DNA of 47,717 bases from Gammaproteobacteria bacterium (GCA_038125265.1 JAYPDM010000008.1:1784-49500); one strand, 5' to 3'; shown: positions 10,297 through 21,899, counted from the stretch's first letter. Notes: a model not told the origin generated them from the sequence alone. A program made the numbers and translations.

Positions 10297-11124
10297 ATGT
10301 TTGCCTATCTGCAATACTTTATCCCGAAGCAATGGATTTCTGGTTTTTTTTATGTTCTTTCAAGATCGCAAATCGTTTGGCTAAAAGACTTCCTCATATC
10401 AAATTACATTAAAATTTATAAAATTCCTCTCAATGAGGCTAAGAGAAAAAAGGTCTCTGAGTATTTATCTTTTAATGACTTTTTTGCAAGGGAGCTTGAG
10501 GAGGGTGCAAGATCTATCGACCAACACCCTAGCACAATCATCTCACCTTGTGATGGGAGGATTATTGAAGCTGGTGAGATTAATATGGGAAAACTCTTAC
10601 AAGCAAAGGGGCGACTCTATGACAGGGAGGGTCTATTAAGGGGATCTAACCAGGGTTTGGTGGATCACCTTTCTTATTATTTGACAATCTATCTATCACC
10701 CACCGATTATCATCGTGTGCATGCACCCATCGATGGACAAATTCAATCAATCCATTACATACCTGGCGCCAAGTACAGCGTGAATCCAAATTCTTTAGCA
10801 AGAATTAGTGGAATTTTTACACGAAATGAGAGGCTCATACTTTGGCTGGAAAGTAGCCTTGGATTGATCCCCTTGGTCATGGTTGGGGCATTAAATGTCT
10901 CAAGCTTTGTAACCAAATACACAGGAGAAATAAAATCAGGGCCAGAGAGGGATATCCCCTTGCGTGATATGAGCAATCGATTCCAAAAAGGGGAAGAGAT
11001 CGGTCAGTTTAATCTTGGCTCCACTGTCATCATGCTCCTGCCTAAAGATTCATTCAGTCAGAAGCTAAGCTCCTCCAGTAAGGTTTTAATGGGTCAGGCG
11101 ATCGGACAAATTCAGGGAGTATGA
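10297..11124 (+). CDS. psd: Phosphatidylserine decarboxylase proenzyme
   Basis: FNDFFAR, SPCDG, YLSPTDYHRVHAP, LGST self-cleavage site. Confidence 0.96.
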   Translation: MFAYLQYFIPKQWISGFFYVLSRSQIVWLKDFLISNYIKIYKIPLNEAKRKKVSEYLSFNDFFARELEEGARSIDQHPSTIISPCDGRIIEAGEINMGKLLQAKGRLYDREGLLRGSNQGLVDHLSYYLTIYLSPTDYHRVHAPIDGQIQSIHYIPGAKYSVNPNSLARISGIFTRNERLILWLESSLGLIPLVMVGALNVSSFVTKYTGEIKSGPERDIPLRDMSNRFQKGEEIGQFNLGSTVIMLLPKDSFSQKLSSSSKVLMGQAIGQIQGV

Positions 11125-12008
11125 GCTCCAGTCACCTCAAAGCATGGGAATCATTTATTGATGGAATAAGACGCTACTTTAAGAGCAATGGCTTCACTGA
11201 AGTTTTTACAAATCATCTCAATGTTAAAGAGATTCCCAACAAACACATTAAGCCCTTTAGGGTCGATTCAAATCTTAGCAAACAAAATTACTTTTTACAC
11301 ACCTCTCCGGAGTTAGAAATGAAAAAATTACTGGCCAATGGATCAGGTAATATTTTTCAAATCTGCAAAGTTTTTCGAGATGATGAGATAGGCCCCTGGC
11401 ATAAACCAGAATTTAATCTGCTCGAGTGGTACCAAGTTGATATCACAATCAATGACTTTATAAAATCGGTTACAGATTTTATGGTCAATATTTCTGGAAA
11501 CCGCATCACTCAAATTCAGGAAATTGATTTTAATGATATTTTCAATTCAAAGATTGGAGAAGATTATCCGAGTAGTGTATCGAACCTTATTGGGCACCTT
11601 AGCCATAAAAATGAGAGCATGGTGTTTGATCATCTTAATTTAGATGAGCTCATCGACTTATTCCTCATTCAAGAAATTGAGGAACACAGTAATGTCTGCG
11701 ACCTTTTAATAATTAAAGGCTTTCCGTCTGACTTGGGCTCTATGGCAAGCCTCGACAAGGATGATCCAGGTACATCAACAAGATTTGAGATTATCCTCAA
11801 TGGCTCTGAGATCGCTAATGGCTACGAGGAGTGCACTGATCCAGAAGTGCTTATGGGGCGATTAGATATGCACCTTGGATCTAATACCTATAAAAGTTTT
11901 AGCCTTGAGGAGATTGAAAAAATCACTAAAGATCTCCCAAGTTGTTGCGGAGTTGCTATTGGTCTGGATAGGTTTTTTGCAAAGTTAACAGACAAGAATT
12001 TTATTTAG
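11121..12008 (+). CDS. epmA: EF-P beta-lysine ligase
   Basis: LHTSPELEMKKLL, FRDDE, HKPEF..LEWY, GVAIGLDR; no anticodon domain; next to efp. Confidence 0.92.
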   Translation: MSSSHLKAWESFIDGIRRYFKSNGFTEVFTNHLNVKEIPNKHIKPFRVDSNLSKQNYFLHTSPELEMKKLLANGSGNIFQICKVFRDDEIGPWHKPEFNLLEWYQVDITINDFIKSVTDFMVNISGNRITQIQEIDFNDIFNSKIGEDYPSSVSNLIGHLSHKNESMVFDHLNLDELIDLFLIQEIEEHSNVCDLLIIKGFPSDLGSMASLDKDDPGTSTRFEIILNGSEIANGYEECTDPEVLMGRLDMHLGSNTYKSFSLEEIEKITKDLPSCCGVAIGLDRFFAKLTDKNFI

Positions 12009-12033
12009 TTTTCAAAAAAAATCTTAATAAGTA

Positions 12034-12597
12034 TTATCCTCTGGCAACATACTCTTTTGTTCGAGTATCGACTTTAACCATTTCCCCTTGAGAAATAAAA
12101 AGTGGAACTCTAACGGTCGCACCTGTCTCCAGTTTTGCAGGCTTAACACCCCCTTGAGCAGTATCGCCTTTTAGCCCAGGATCGGTCTCGGTTACTTTTA
12201 AAACAAGGAAGTTTGGTGGCAAGATTTGGATAGGGTTTCCATTCCATAAGGTCACGGTATAGTCTACCTCCTCCTTCATCCAAAGGATTGACTCACCAAC
12301 AACATCTGCATTAGCGCCAAACTGTTCAAAAGTCTCTGAATTCATAAAATGCCACTCAGTACCATCTGAGTATAGGTATTGCATCTCAATTTCAATAACG
12401 TCTGCAGCCTCGACGCTATCACCGGATTTAAAAGTTTTATCGACTACCCGCCCAGTCTTAAGGTTTCTGAGTCTGACCCTATTAAATGCCTGCCCTTTAC
12501 CAGGCTTAACAAATTCATTCTCAATGATTGAGAAAGGATCACCATCGAGCATGATTTTTAGCCCTGACTTAAACTCATTAGTGCTATAACTTGCCAT
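12034..12597 (-). CDS. efp: Elongation factor P
   Basis: [10 protein letters not shown] (Lys34 type), PGLKGDT, VPLFI. Confidence 0.98.
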   Translation of the reverse strand: MASYSTNEFKSGLKIMLDGDPFSIIENEFVKPGKGQAFNRVRLRNLKTGRVVDKTFKSGDSVEAADVIEIEMQYLYSDGTEWHFMNSETFEQFGANADVVGESILWMKEEVDYTVTLWNGNPIQILPPNFLVLKVTETDPGLKGDTAQGGVKPAKLETGATVRVPLFISQGEMVKVDTRTKEYVARG

Positions 12598-12627
12598 ATA
12601 TTTATGCAGAGAAGATTATTGTTATCA

Positions 12628-12637
12628 CATTATAATG
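12628..12637. promoter_or_regulatory. Palindromic CATTATAATG giving TATAAT on both strands between divergent efp and epmB
   Basis: TATAAT at 12631-12636 (+) and 12634-12629 (-). Confidence 0.5.
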
Positions 12638-12660
12638 GTATTGCTTTGGATCGAGAAATA

Positions 12661-13608
12661 ATGTCACACAATATAAGGAAAAAAATAATTAACTCGGTTA
12701 CCGAGCTTGAGAAAAATCTTGGTAATAAATTAAATCTTGAAGAAATTACATCATTCAAGACTAAAATACCTAAAAGATTCATCGAATTAGCTAACGCCAT
12801 TCATTTGGATGACCCGCTCATGAAACAAGTGCTCCCCGATGCAAGGGAACTCTCAGGTGGCGATGACCTGGATCCGGTAAATGAGCATGGGCTAGTAAAT
12901 CAAGGCCTGATAAAAAAATATAATGGGAGAGCTTTGCTCATTGTCACAGAAGCCTGTCCCATGCACTGCCGCTATTGCTTTAGAAGAGAATTCCCCTACA
13001 AGGGAAACCAAATGAGCACGGACAATTTAAATGGAGCTATCAGGGCTATCAATGCAGATAAAAGTTTAATTGAAATTATACTCTCTGGGGGTGACCCACT
13101 ATCCCTAAGTGACGATAGGCTTGATGATCTCATCACCCGCATCAATGCCTTACATCATATTCAGACTTTAAGAATACATAGCAGATATCCCATCGCTGAC
13201 CCTCAGAGGGTGAACAGTTCGCTTTTAGCAGCCTTGAAAAAATTTACAAGAAAAACGGTCTTTGTATTTCACATCAATCATCCAAATGAGATTGATGGTG
13301 AATTCATTGATGCTGCAGTAAAACTAAAAAATAATGACATTCATCTTTTGAATCAATCTGTGCTCTTAAAAGGAGTTAACGATAATCCGAATACCCTCAA
13401 AGAATTAAGTTTAATGCTTTTTGATATTGGCATTACTCCTTATTACCTACACTTACTGGATGAGGTAAAGGGCGCCTCTCACTTCAAAATTGATACCGAG
13501 GAGGCAGTTAAAATTCATGAGCGCCTTAAGGGCTTGGTTTCAGGATACCTGGTTCCCAAATTAGTTAAAGAGATAGCCGGTGAGAGCTCTAAAGTAACTA
13601 TCTCTTAG
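12661..13608 (+). CDS. epmB: EF-P beta-lysylation lysine 2,3-aminomutase (radical SAM)
   Basis: [36 protein letters not shown]; ORF opens at 12604 but ATG 12661 preferred. Confidence 0.94.
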   Translation: MSHNIRKKIINSVTELEKNLGNKLNLEEITSFKTKIPKRFIELANAIHLDDPLMKQVLPDARELSGGDDLDPVNEHGLVNQGLIKKYNGRALLIVTEACPMHCRYCFRREFPYKGNQMSTDNLNGAIRAINADKSLIEIILSGGDPLSLSDDRLDDLITRINALHHIQTLRIHSRYPIADPQRVNSSLLAALKKFTRKTVFVFHINHPNEIDGEFIDAAVKLKNNDIHLLNQSVLLKGVNDNPNTLKELSLMLFDIGITPYYLHLLDEVKGASHFKIDTEEAVKIHERLKGLVSGYLVPKLVKEIAGESSKVTIS

Positions 13609-15835
13609 AAATAATATTAACGCTATCGATAGACTTAAATTTTAGCGAGAGCCCTCTTCTTCCGCGAGCGCCAATAAATTCTGATACTTTCTCATAATCA
13701 AAGTGTCTCGCTTTCTTTCCTGAGAATACCTCTATGATTTCTTCCTTTGAAATAACAAAAATATGAAGCAAAGACAGTCCATCCTTCTTGGGTAGATTAA
13801 TGATCTTCACTCCTTTACCTTTGGAGAGCTCCGGTAACTCATCGATCGAAAAGGCAAGTGCACGCAGATCGCTTGAAATAGCAAAGACAAGCGAATCCTT
13901 TTCTTGAATTTTTCTCAACGGAAGTGTTTTAGAGTTCTCGGGGACCCTTATTACTGCCCTTCCTGATTTATTTCTCGTTATAAGATCTTGGGCACTGACC
14001 TGGAAACCATAGCCCGATGACGAACAAATCAAAAATTTATCATTTTCATCTGCCAAGACTCCAGATGTAACATCTACTCCATCTTGCAATTTAAATAAAC
14101 TGGAGAGAGGATCACCAAACCCTCTTGCTGAGGGGAGTTGCGTGGCAAGGACAGAAAATGCTCTGCCATTACCATCAAGAAATATAGCATCATTATTGTT
14201 GGCACCTAACGATAGGCAATCCAGAATGAAATCGTCCCCCTTGAAGCTTAGCGATTCAGGTTGAATCTCATGACCCTTTGCAAGCCTAACCCATCCCATC
14301 TTGGAGACTATCAATGTCACGGGATCTTTGCTTAATATCTGTTTTTCTTCAATTGCTTCTGAGCTTGGCGCAAATTCGATCTTAGTTCTTCTGTCATCCC
14401 CATACTCTTTGTCCAACTCATCCAACTCATTAGCTAATGTCTCGTTGATTAAATCTTTTGACTTTAATAACTTTTTTAGTGCCTTGATCTCATTGATTAG
14501 CTTTGCTTGCTCATCCTTAATTTTAATTTCCTCTAATTTTGCTAAGTTTCTAAGTCTCAAGTCCAGAATGGCATTTGCCTGAATCTCGGTTAGCTTAAAT
14601 TTTTTTATTAATTTACTTTTAGGGTCATCCTCATTCCTGATAATTCGTATTACCTCGTCAATATTCAGGAAAGCAACCATCATTCCCTCAAGGACATGAA
14701 GCCTTTGTTCGGCATTCTCAAGACGAAACTGAGCTCTTCTGGTGATTATGCCTCGCCTAAACTTAAGCCAATCGAGACAAATCTCTAATAAATTAAATAC
14801 TCGTGGAAGTCCTTCTAGGTCAATCACATTTAGATTCACCCTTATGTTTTTTTCGAAGTCAGTCGTAGCACATATATGTGAAATCAGCTGATCAATGTTG
14901 ACCTCCCCCTTTTTGAGAGAGATCACTATCCGACAAGGGTTATCATGATCAGACTCATCTCTAAGATCATTCACCATGGGTAATTTCTTGGCAAACATCT
15001 GCTGCGCTATTTGCTCAATCAATTTAGCACCGGAGATTTGATAAGGAAGCTCTGTGATAACAATATCCTTCTTTTCTAATTGATAACTTCCCCTAAGTCT
15101 TAGTGTCCCTTGGCCTAATTTGTAAACGGACTCAATCTCCTCGTCATGAGAGACTAAAACTCCTCCTGAGGCAAAATCAGGACCCTTGATAATCTTGAGC
15201 AAACTTTTAATAGTTGAATTTGGTTTCTTGATTAAAAGCTTTAATGCCTTGATTACCTCTTTTATATTGTGAGATGGAATATCGGTAGCCATGCCAACTG
15301 CTATACCTGAACATCCATTGAGTAGGAGATTTGGAAGCTGGGCAGGAAAAATCTTAGGCTCTCTCAAGGTCCCGTCAAAATTTGGCTGCCAATCAACAGT
15401 CCCCTCGTCCAGTTCGGCCAATAAAGTTTTTGTGTAAGCAGTCATTTTCGCTTCGGTGTACCGCATGGCGGCAAATGATTTCGGGTCATCCTGGGAGCCC
15501 CAGTTACCCTGTCCATCAATCAAGGGGTACCGATAGGAAAAATTTTGAGCCATATTTACCATAGCCTCATAACAGGCGGAGTCTCCATGCGGGTGAAATT
15601 TACCTATAACATCTCCTATAGTTCTTGCAGCTTTTTTTGGCTTTGAGGTTGAGGACAAACCTAAGTCACTCATAGCATAGATAATTCTTCTTTGAACTGG
15701 CTTTAGTCCATCGCCCAGTTGTGGGAGAGCTCTGTCTAAAATGACATACATGGAATAGTTAAGGTAGGCATCCTCAGCAAATACTGAGATGCTCTGTTCT
15801 ATTTCATTTTCAAATAAGGATCTTTGATTACTCAT
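13598..15835 (-). CDS. parC: DNA topoisomerase IV subunit A
   Basis: [29 protein letters not shown]. Confidence 0.97.
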   Translation of the reverse strand: MSNQRSLFENEIEQSISVFAEDAYLNYSMYVILDRALPQLGDGLKPVQRRIIYAMSDLGLSSTSKPKKAARTIGDVIGKFHPHGDSACYEAMVNMAQNFSYRYPLIDGQGNWGSQDDPKSFAAMRYTEAKMTAYTKTLLAELDEGTVDWQPNFDGTLREPKIFPAQLPNLLLNGCSGIAVGMATDIPSHNIKEVIKALKLLIKKPNSTIKSLLKIIKGPDFASGGVLVSHDEEIESVYKLGQGTLRLRGSYQLEKKDIVITELPYQISGAKLIEQIAQQMFAKKLPMVNDLRDESDHDNPCRIVISLKKGEVNIDQLISHICATTDFEKNIRVNLNVIDLEGLPRVFNLLEICLDWLKFRRGIITRRAQFRLENAEQRLHVLEGMMVAFLNIDEVIRIIRNEDDPKSKLIKKFKLTEIQANAILDLRLRNLAKLEEIKIKDEQAKLINEIKALKKLLKSKDLINETLANELDELDKEYGDDRRTKIEFAPSSEAIEEKQILSKDPVTLIVSKMGWVRLAKGHEIQPESLSFKGDDFILDCLSLGANNNDAIFLDGNGRAFSVLATQLPSARGFGDPLSSLFKLQDGVDVTSGVLADENDKFLICSSSGYGFQVSAQDLITRNKSGRAVIRVPENSKTLPLRKIQEKDSLVFAISSDLRALAFSIDELPELSKGKGVKIINLPKKDGLSLLHIFVISKEEIIEVFSGKKARHFDYEKVSEFIGARGRRGLSLKFKSIDSVNIISKR

Positions 15836-17736
15836 ATCTCATTCGTAGATGCAATATTACCTTTTTCCTCAATCCACTGTTTTCGCTCTTGAACTTTTTT
15901 CCTAGAAAGCAATTTTTCAAAAACATCATCATCATTTTTAGACTTTGAAAGCGTTAAGCGTATTAATTTTCTTGTTTCTGGCTTCATGGTTGTTTCTCTT
16001 AACTGGCTGGGATTCATCTCGCCTAGCCCTTTAAATCGAGTAATAGATATCTTCTGAGTCTTATTTTTCTTTGTGAGTTGTTCCACGATAGAGTCTTTTT
16101 CTTGCTCATCAATGGCGTAATGAACGCTCTTAGCTTGATCTATGCGATACAGCGGAGGTAAAGCTATAAAAATATGTCCATTCTCGACAAGCGCACGAAA
16201 ATGCCTTAAAAATAAGGCGCAAAGTAATGCTGCAATATGCAATCCATCTGAATCGGCATCAGCGAGAATACAAATTTTAGCGTATCTGAGATTCTCTAGA
16301 CTCGTCTCATTAGGATTTAAGCCAATGGCAGTACTTATATTTTCAACTTCCTGCGACTTTAGAATGTCTGCGCTTTCAGCTTCCCAGGTATTTAATATTT
16401 TTCCACGCAGTGGCAAAATTGCCTGCGTCTCTCGGTTACGAGCCTGTTTAGCCGAGCCACCGGCTGAGTCTCCCTCGACAATAAAGAGTTCAGAGATTGA
16501 TGGATCTTGAGAAATACAGTCGGCAAGCTTTCCAGGAAGAGCAGGACCATTTGAAATCACTTTTTTTCTTGCAACGGATTTACTTTTTTTCGACCGCAAG
16601 ACTGCATTTTCAATCACGAGATTTGCTAGTTCTTGAGCAGATAAAGCATTTTGGTTTAACCAGATTGAAAAAAAGTCTTTAGTGATGCCTTGGGTAATAC
16701 TTGATGCTTCTCTTGAAGTTAATCTTGCTTTGGTCTGACCTGAAAATTGAGGTTCAGAAATTTTTAATGACAAAACAAATTGAACATTTTTCCAGACATC
16801 ATCTGGAGAAATTTTGATACCTCTAGGGATCAGGTTCTGAAACTCACAAAACTCTCTAATCGCATCTGTGATCCCAGCCCTTAAGCCGCTAACATGCGTT
16901 CCACCATCTTTAGTAGGAATTAGATTGACGTAACTCTCAGCAATCATGGTCTCGCTTTCTTTGATCCAGTTAAGGGCTAGCGATAGCTCAAAATCTGCCT
17001 TTTTTGTATCGATTGTATAGGCATCATTAAGGACCGTATCATCGAAATCTTTAAGCGAATCTTTAAGATATTCAGCTAGACCACCTTCATACCTCCAAGA
17101 AATTTTTTCTTTTTTTTGATGATGATTAATGAACTCTACAAGAAGACCATTACATAGGACTGCCTTGGCCTTAAGGTTCCTCTCAAGATCCTTAGTATTA
17201 AATTCTGATTGATCAAAGTATTTTGGATCCGGTTTAAACCAAATTTTTGTCCCTTTTGCATTTTTTGCAATCTTTTCAACGACCTCTAAATCATCTTTCT
17301 TATCACCGTTTCTAAATGTCATTGTGTAATGATGGCCCTGACGCTTGACCCAAACAGAAAGATGTTTTGATAAGGCATTGACAACTGATACGCCCACACC
17401 ATGTAAGCCACCAGAAAACTTATAATTCTTGCCTGAGAACTTACCCCCAGAATGAAGCTTGGTTAGAACCAGCTCAACGCCTGGTACCTTTTCAGTAGGA
17501 TGAATATCTACAGGAAGTCCACGACCATCGTCTTCCACGGATATAGACTGGTCTTCAAACAGCTCGACTAAAATTTTTTTTGCGTGCCCCTCTAATGCTT
17601 CATCAACACTGTTATCAATGACCTCATATGCTAAATGATTAGGCCTGGAGGTATCCGTGTACATACCAGGTCTTTTCCTGACAGGATCGAGTCCTTCAAG
17701 TACTTCTAGATCAGATGATTCGTAATTTTTAGCCAA
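15832..17736 (-). CDS. parE: DNA topoisomerase IV subunit B
   Basis: [41 protein letters not shown]; TTG start. Confidence 0.97.
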   Translation of the reverse strand: MAKNYESSDLEVLEGLDPVRKRPGMYTDTSRPNHLAYEVIDNSVDEALEGHAKKILVELFEDQSISVEDDGRGLPVDIHPTEKVPGVELVLTKLHSGGKFSGKNYKFSGGLHGVGVSVVNALSKHLSVWVKRQGHHYTMTFRNGDKKDDLEVVEKIAKNAKGTKIWFKPDPKYFDQSEFNTKDLERNLKAKAVLCNGLLVEFINHHQKKEKISWRYEGGLAEYLKDSLKDFDDTVLNDAYTIDTKKADFELSLALNWIKESETMIAESYVNLIPTKDGGTHVSGLRAGITDAIREFCEFQNLIPRGIKISPDDVWKNVQFVLSLKISEPQFSGQTKARLTSREASSITQGITKDFFSIWLNQNALSAQELANLVIENAVLRSKKSKSVARKKVISNGPALPGKLADCISQDPSISELFIVEGDSAGGSAKQARNRETQAILPLRGKILNTWEAESADILKSQEVENISTAIGLNPNETSLENLRYAKICILADADSDGLHIAALLCALFLRHFRALVENGHIFIALPPLYRIDQAKSVHYAIDEQEKDSIVEQLTKKNKTQKISITRFKGLGEMNPSQLRETTMKPETRKLIRLTLSKSKNDDDVFEKLLSRKKVQERKQWIEEKGNIASTNEI

Positions 17737-17781
17737 GATACAAGCTCATATTCAAGCCTTATTGTATCTTTAGTTAAGGTC

Positions 17782-18360
17782 TTAATCGAGGTCAGAAATC
17801 AATGATTCAATGGTTTTTTCATCCATATCTGAAATATGATTATAATTCTCATGCTCGATACTAAAAGTAAATCCATTATGGCTTTTGATGGCCTCAACTA
17901 CATCTTCAGAAAGTTCAAACCTCAGAAAATGCACGGCCGATGTTTTATCCTCTGTTGTCCTTTCTAGATCCTCATCAGCAATTGCAGAAACCTTTAAATC
18001 TCCAATATTTATATAGATTTGATCTTCGATACCGATTAACCTTGATAGCATTTCCCTTCGAACCCCCTCCTCTGGAAATTCAAGCATGAATGTTGCTTTG
18101 AGATTCGTACCATCGGGGATCAACGGGTTGTATGCTGATAACTCTTCCTCGATATCTTCTCTTTTATAGATTTTTTCAATCCTTAATATTTCTTGAATTT
18201 GATACTGAATTGTTTTTCTGTCTTCAAAGTATAAGGTAGCATTTGGGCCCACTGCTACTTGTCTGTGCTTCTTATGATTGATGACATCACTTCTAAAAGT
18301 TTTACGAGTATCGTGATATTGTTCTAAGGAATACAAATCTTCAACTTTAAGTTTTTCCAT
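17782..18360 (-). CDS. DUF3501 family protein
   Basis: FED..TIQYQIQE.LRIE, YNPLIP, KTSAVHFLRF; third gene of the rubrerythrin cluster; SD AGGAG. Confidence 0.9.
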   Translation of the reverse strand: MEKLKVEDLYSLEQYHDTRKTFRSDVINHKKHRQVAVGPNATLYFEDRKTIQYQIQEILRIEKIYKREDIEEELSAYNPLIPDGTNLKATFMLEFPEEGVRREMLSRLIGIEDQIYINIGDLKVSAIADEDLERTTEDKTSAVHFLRFELSEDVVEAIKSHNGFTFSIEHENYNHISDMDEKTIESLISDLD

Positions 18361-18373
18361 TTTTTAATTTCTC

Positions 18374-19696
18374 CTAAATTCCGTAGGCCTTTCTTAGTAA
18401 GCTCATAGGATGAGAGGCCTCAATTTTATCTGACATGGCAGCAATATGCTCTGATGCCATAGGACAATCAGAAGCAAAATGATCTGCCTCATGCGACTCT
18501 GCTTGCCTCAATACCGGTCTACCGATCTTTCTTGAGGTCTCAGCAAATTCTTTTTTAACTGCATACGTTCCATTATGACCGGAGCACCTTTCAATGGGCT
18601 GAACTGTGGTATCAGGAACTAGATTTAATAAATCCCTAGACTTAAGGCCCATATTCTGAACCCTTAGGTGGCAAGGAACCTGATAGCTAATCTTACCTAG
18701 AGTCGTTTTAAAATCCGTGCTTAGGTGGCCAGCATCATGCCTTTTCATTAAGTACTCGAATGGATCAAAAATCTTAGATGCAATTTTCTTGACTGAATCG
18801 TTTTCTGGGAAGAGTAAAGGGAGCTCTTGCTTAAACATTAAAACACAGGATGGAATGGGGGCGACAATATCCCAGCCCTCATCAATTGCCTGGGCAAGAA
18901 TGGGGGCGTTGTATTCCATAAATTTTTCAACACTTTTTAAGTCGCCAAGTTCCAGCTTAGGCATGCCGCAACATTTTTCCTGCGATATTAACTTAACTTC
19001 AATTTGATTATGCAAAAAAACCTTATAGACATCTTCAACCATGGTGGGGTGATTCTTATTCCCATAACAAGTTGTAAAAATAGCGACCTTACCAGTAGTC
19101 AATTCAGTGGGTGTTATTTGGTCTATTTTATTGACCTCTTTTGCAAGTAACTTTCTTGCCGTTTTTGAATGATACTTTGGCAAAGGGGCATGCTCGTCAA
19201 TTCCCAGAGTGCTCTTCACTAATTTTCTACCAAGTTTAGAATTATTCGTTGCATTTACGATGCCAGAAATGACGGGTATCCCTGCAATATTGCCTAGTGT
19301 GTCTGTAGCACTTAGCATTTTATCTCTTACGCTTGCACCCTTTTTATTAAATTTTTGATGTTTAGCGCGCAGCATCAGATGCGGAAAGTCTATATTGAAC
19401 TCATGCGGTGGTACATAAGGACATTTCGACATATAACACATATCACACAGGTAGCAATGATCGACAACATCCCAATAGACTTCCTTGGGTACTGTATCTA
19501 ACTCACCCGACTCAGATTCATCGACAGCGTCAAAGAGAAGAGGAAAAGCATTACAAAGGTTAAAACACCTCCTGCAGCCATGACATATATCAAAAACCCT
19601 CTCTAGTTCAGTGAAAAGAGATGCTTCATTGTTAAATTCATCAGACTTCCAATCGACAGGATGCCTTGTGGGTGCCTCTAAACTCCCCTCTCTCAT
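18374..19696 (-). CDS. Rubrerythrin-associated Fe-S oxidoreductase (GlpC/HdrD-like)
   Basis: CHGCRRCFNLC, CYLCDMC...CP, and two CCG-type domains (CCGMP, CSGHNG). Confidence 0.9.
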   Translation of the reverse strand: MREGSLEAPTRHPVDWKSDEFNNEASLFTELERVFDICHGCRRCFNLCNAFPLLFDAVDESESGELDTVPKEVYWDVVDHCYLCDMCYMSKCPYVPPHEFNIDFPHLMLRAKHQKFNKKGASVRDKMLSATDTLGNIAGIPVISGIVNATNNSKLGRKLVKSTLGIDEHAPLPKYHSKTARKLLAKEVNKIDQITPTELTTGKVAIFTTCYGNKNHPTMVEDVYKVFLHNQIEVKLISQEKCCGMPKLELGDLKSVEKFMEYNAPILAQAIDEGWDIVAPIPSCVLMFKQELPLLFPENDSVKKIASKIFDPFEYLMKRHDAGHLSTDFKTTLGKISYQVPCHLRVQNMGLKSRDLLNLVPDTTVQPIERCSGHNGTYAVKKEFAETSRKIGRPVLRQAESHEADHFASDCPMASEHIAAMSDKIEASHPMSLLRKAYGI

Positions 19697-19714
19697 AAAT
19701 GCCTCTTAAATTTA

Positions 19715-19736
19715 GGTCGCGCCGATTGGCGCGACC
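19715..19736 (-). terminator. Intra-operon GC hairpin after rubrerythrin (stabiliser or leaky terminator)
   Basis: GGTCGCGCC-gatt-GGCGCGACC perfect 9-bp stem; only a weak U tail (UAAAUUU). Confidence 0.65.
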
Positions 19737-19750
19737 ATTAAGTTTTAGAA

Positions 19751-20170
19751 TTAACTATCTAAAGAATCCAAAGTTTTTTGGAATTTATTAGCGTGAGACC
19801 TCTCGGCTTTTGCAAGTGTCTCAAACCAATCAGCGATTTCCTCAAACCCTTCATCTCGTGCAGTTTTAGCCATACCTGGGTACATATCTGTGTATTCATG
19901 TGTTTCACCAGCTACTGCAGTTTTAAGGTTATCAGCAGTTCCACCAAATGGCAGACCTGTAGCTGGGTCACCACATGCTTCAAGATACTCTAAATGACCG
20001 TGAGCATGACCCGTTTCACCCTCAGCAGTTGAACGGAATACAGTCGCTACATCGTTGTATCCCTCAACATCAGCTTTGGCAGCAAAGTAAAGATAACGTC
20101 TGTTTGCTTGTGACTCACCGCTGAAAGCGTCCTTCAAATTTTGTTCAGTTTTTGAACCTTTTAAACTCAT
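19751..20170 (-). CDS. rbr: Rubrerythrin, short aerobic type with no rubredoxin domain
   Basis: [28 protein letters not shown] di-iron motifs; SD GGAGG. Confidence 0.95.
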   Translation of the reverse strand: MSLKGSKTEQNLKDAFSGESQANRRYLYFAAKADVEGYNDVATVFRSTAEGETGHAHGHLEYLEACGDPATGLPFGGTADNLKTAVAGETHEYTDMYPGMAKTARDEGFEEIADWFETLAKAERSHANKFQKTLDSLDS

Positions 20171-20189
20171 ATTAAGTCCTCCAAAAAAA

Positions 20190-20227
20190 TTTAGACTAAG
20201 TCTAAACTAGCAATATATGCTTGTCAA
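20190..20227 (-). promoter_or_regulatory. rbr promoter with palindromic operator over the -10
   Basis: -35 TTGACA (20227-20222), 17 bp, -10 TAGACT (20204-20199), inside TTTAGACT-A-AGTCTAAA (20190-20206). Confidence 0.85.
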
Positions 20228-20263
20228 TGCCTTAAAATAAATTAATTCATTTATAATAAGACT

Positions 20264-20491
20264 ATGAGCAAAAAAAAGAACGACTCTAGCCTGGAGAGCC
20301 ACTTAAGCGGTCTAGAAAAGATTGTATCTGAGCTGGAAAATGGTGAACTATCCCTCGAAGAATCACTTAAAAAATTTGAAGAAGGCGTGAAATTAACAAA
20401 AAATTGCCAACAAATCATTGATGATGCCGAAAAAAGAATAAAGATTATCACCAAAGAAGGGCTTAAGGACTATAAGGACGATCTAGAGTAG
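20264..20491 (+). CDS. xseB: Exodeoxyribonuclease VII small subunit
   Basis: LEKIVSELENGELSLEESLKKFEEG; TATAAT 6 nt before ATG. Confidence 0.96.
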   Translation: MSKKKNDSSLESHLSGLEKIVSELENGELSLEESLKKFEEGVKLTKNCQQIIDDAEKRIKIITKEGLKDYKDDLE

Positions 20492-20965
20492 TAGTAATTG
20501 CCCCAGGCCTATAATTAAAAGAGTAAAGACCCCAGCTAATAAGTCATCCATCATTACACCCATCGCCCCAGTAAGGTTACGATCTGCCCATCCGATTGGC
20601 CCAGGTTTAAAGATGTCTAATATACGAAAAATGATGAATGCCAAACATAGCTCAATATTGGATAAATCCTCAATAAAAAGTAAAACCCATAGCCCGCAAA
20701 TCTCATCAATAACAATGTAACTTGGATCCTTTTCTTGAAGACCGCTTAGAAGGGAAGTCACCGACCAAAAACCTATAATAAGAAGGCAAAGAAAAACTAA
20801 GACTTTCATTATCAAAGTCAATGGCAGCAAAAAATAAAGAAAAAATAACGCGAGCAATGACCCGAGCGTTCCTGGCGCATAAGGAATATAGCCTGTAAAA
20901 AAACCGGTGGCGATAAAAGCGTTTAAGCCCCAAGTGCTCGAGTTTTTATTTTCGAAAATGGTCAT
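20483..20965 (-). CDS. pgpA: Phosphatidylglycerophosphatase A
   Basis: APGTLGS, DPSYIVIDE, FRILDIFKP, GVMMDDLLAG. Confidence 0.95.
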   Translation of the reverse strand: MTIFENKNSSTWGLNAFIATGFFTGYIPYAPGTLGSLLALFFLYFLLPLTLIMKVLVFLCLLIIGFWSVTSLLSGLQEKDPSYIVIDEICGLWVLLFIEDLSNIELCLAFIIFRILDIFKPGPIGWADRNLTGAMGVMMDDLLAGVFTLLIIGLGQLLLL

Positions 20966-21896
20966 AAGTCTTCTGTTCTAGTTTTTCGCCTTGATAATTT
21001 AAAAGCTTAATACTTTTGCTGCTTGTGCAATAACCAATTTTGCTTATTTTTACTGAAAATTTTTTCGATAAATTTGTAATCCAGCTGTCTAATCCTTTAG
21101 GTAAAGTAAACAATAACTCGTAATCCTCACCGCCTGTAAATGCAATCTCAACAGATCTATGTTTATATTTTTTCTTAAGTGCTGTTGAGATAGGAATTTT
21201 ATTTGAGTCAATGATAAAGCCCTTACCGCTGCAATTAGCAAGTATTTTGATTTCATTATAAAGGCCATCTGAAATATCAATCATAGAGGTTGCATGTTTA
21301 GTTAATCGCTTGGCCAATTCGACTCGAGCTATCGGGCTCACAAATGATCTGGTACATTGATTTCTTAGATCAACTCTTTTTGACTCTAGAATATTATCTA
21401 ATCCTGCTCTGGCGTCACCAATATTACCGGTTACATATAAATCATGGTCCTCCCGAGCGCCATCCCTTGTAATTATGTTTCTTCCTTCGGGGTCTCCAAG
21501 CAGAGTCACAGAAACAGATAAGGGCCCTCTGCAAACATCCCCTCCGACCAACCTACACTTATAAGCCTTACATATTTGGTGAACCCCCCTTGCAAAGTCT
21601 TTCATCCAGAATTTATTATTCAGCTCTTGAGGTAATGTTAGTCCCATTAAAAGGTATTTTGGAGTTGCGCCCATGGCGGCTACATCGCTCAGGTTTACCA
21701 ATACTGACCTTCTGCCAATATCATAAGCAGAAAGCTCTTCTGGGAAGTGTGTGCCTAGAACCATCAAGTCCTTACAAGCGATCAGTGCATTATTCTGTAA
21801 GTTAATTAAGGCTGCATCATCGCCTATATCAACCTGAACATCCTTGAGTGGCGTCTTGGCTTTAAAAAGTTCAATTATATTGGTTTCGGAGAGCAA
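20946..21896 (-). CDS. thiL: Thiamine-phosphate kinase
   Basis: IGDDAA, NLSDVAAMGA, LVGGD, DISDGL, GGEDYELLF. Confidence 0.96.
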   Translation of the reverse strand: MLSETNIIELFKAKTPLKDVQVDIGDDAALINLQNNALIACKDLMVLGTHFPEELSAYDIGRRSVLVNLSDVAAMGATPKYLLMGLTLPQELNNKFWMKDFARGVHQICKAYKCRLVGGDVCRGPLSVSVTLLGDPEGRNIITRDGAREDHDLYVTGNIGDARAGLDNILESKRVDLRNQCTRSFVSPIARVELAKRLTKHATSMIDISDGLYNEIKILANCSGKGFIIDSNKIPISTALKKKYKHRSVEIAFTGGEDYELLFTLPKGLDSWITNLSKKFSVKISKIGYCTSSKSIKLLNYQGEKLEQKTYDHFRK

Positions 21897-21899
21897 GGA

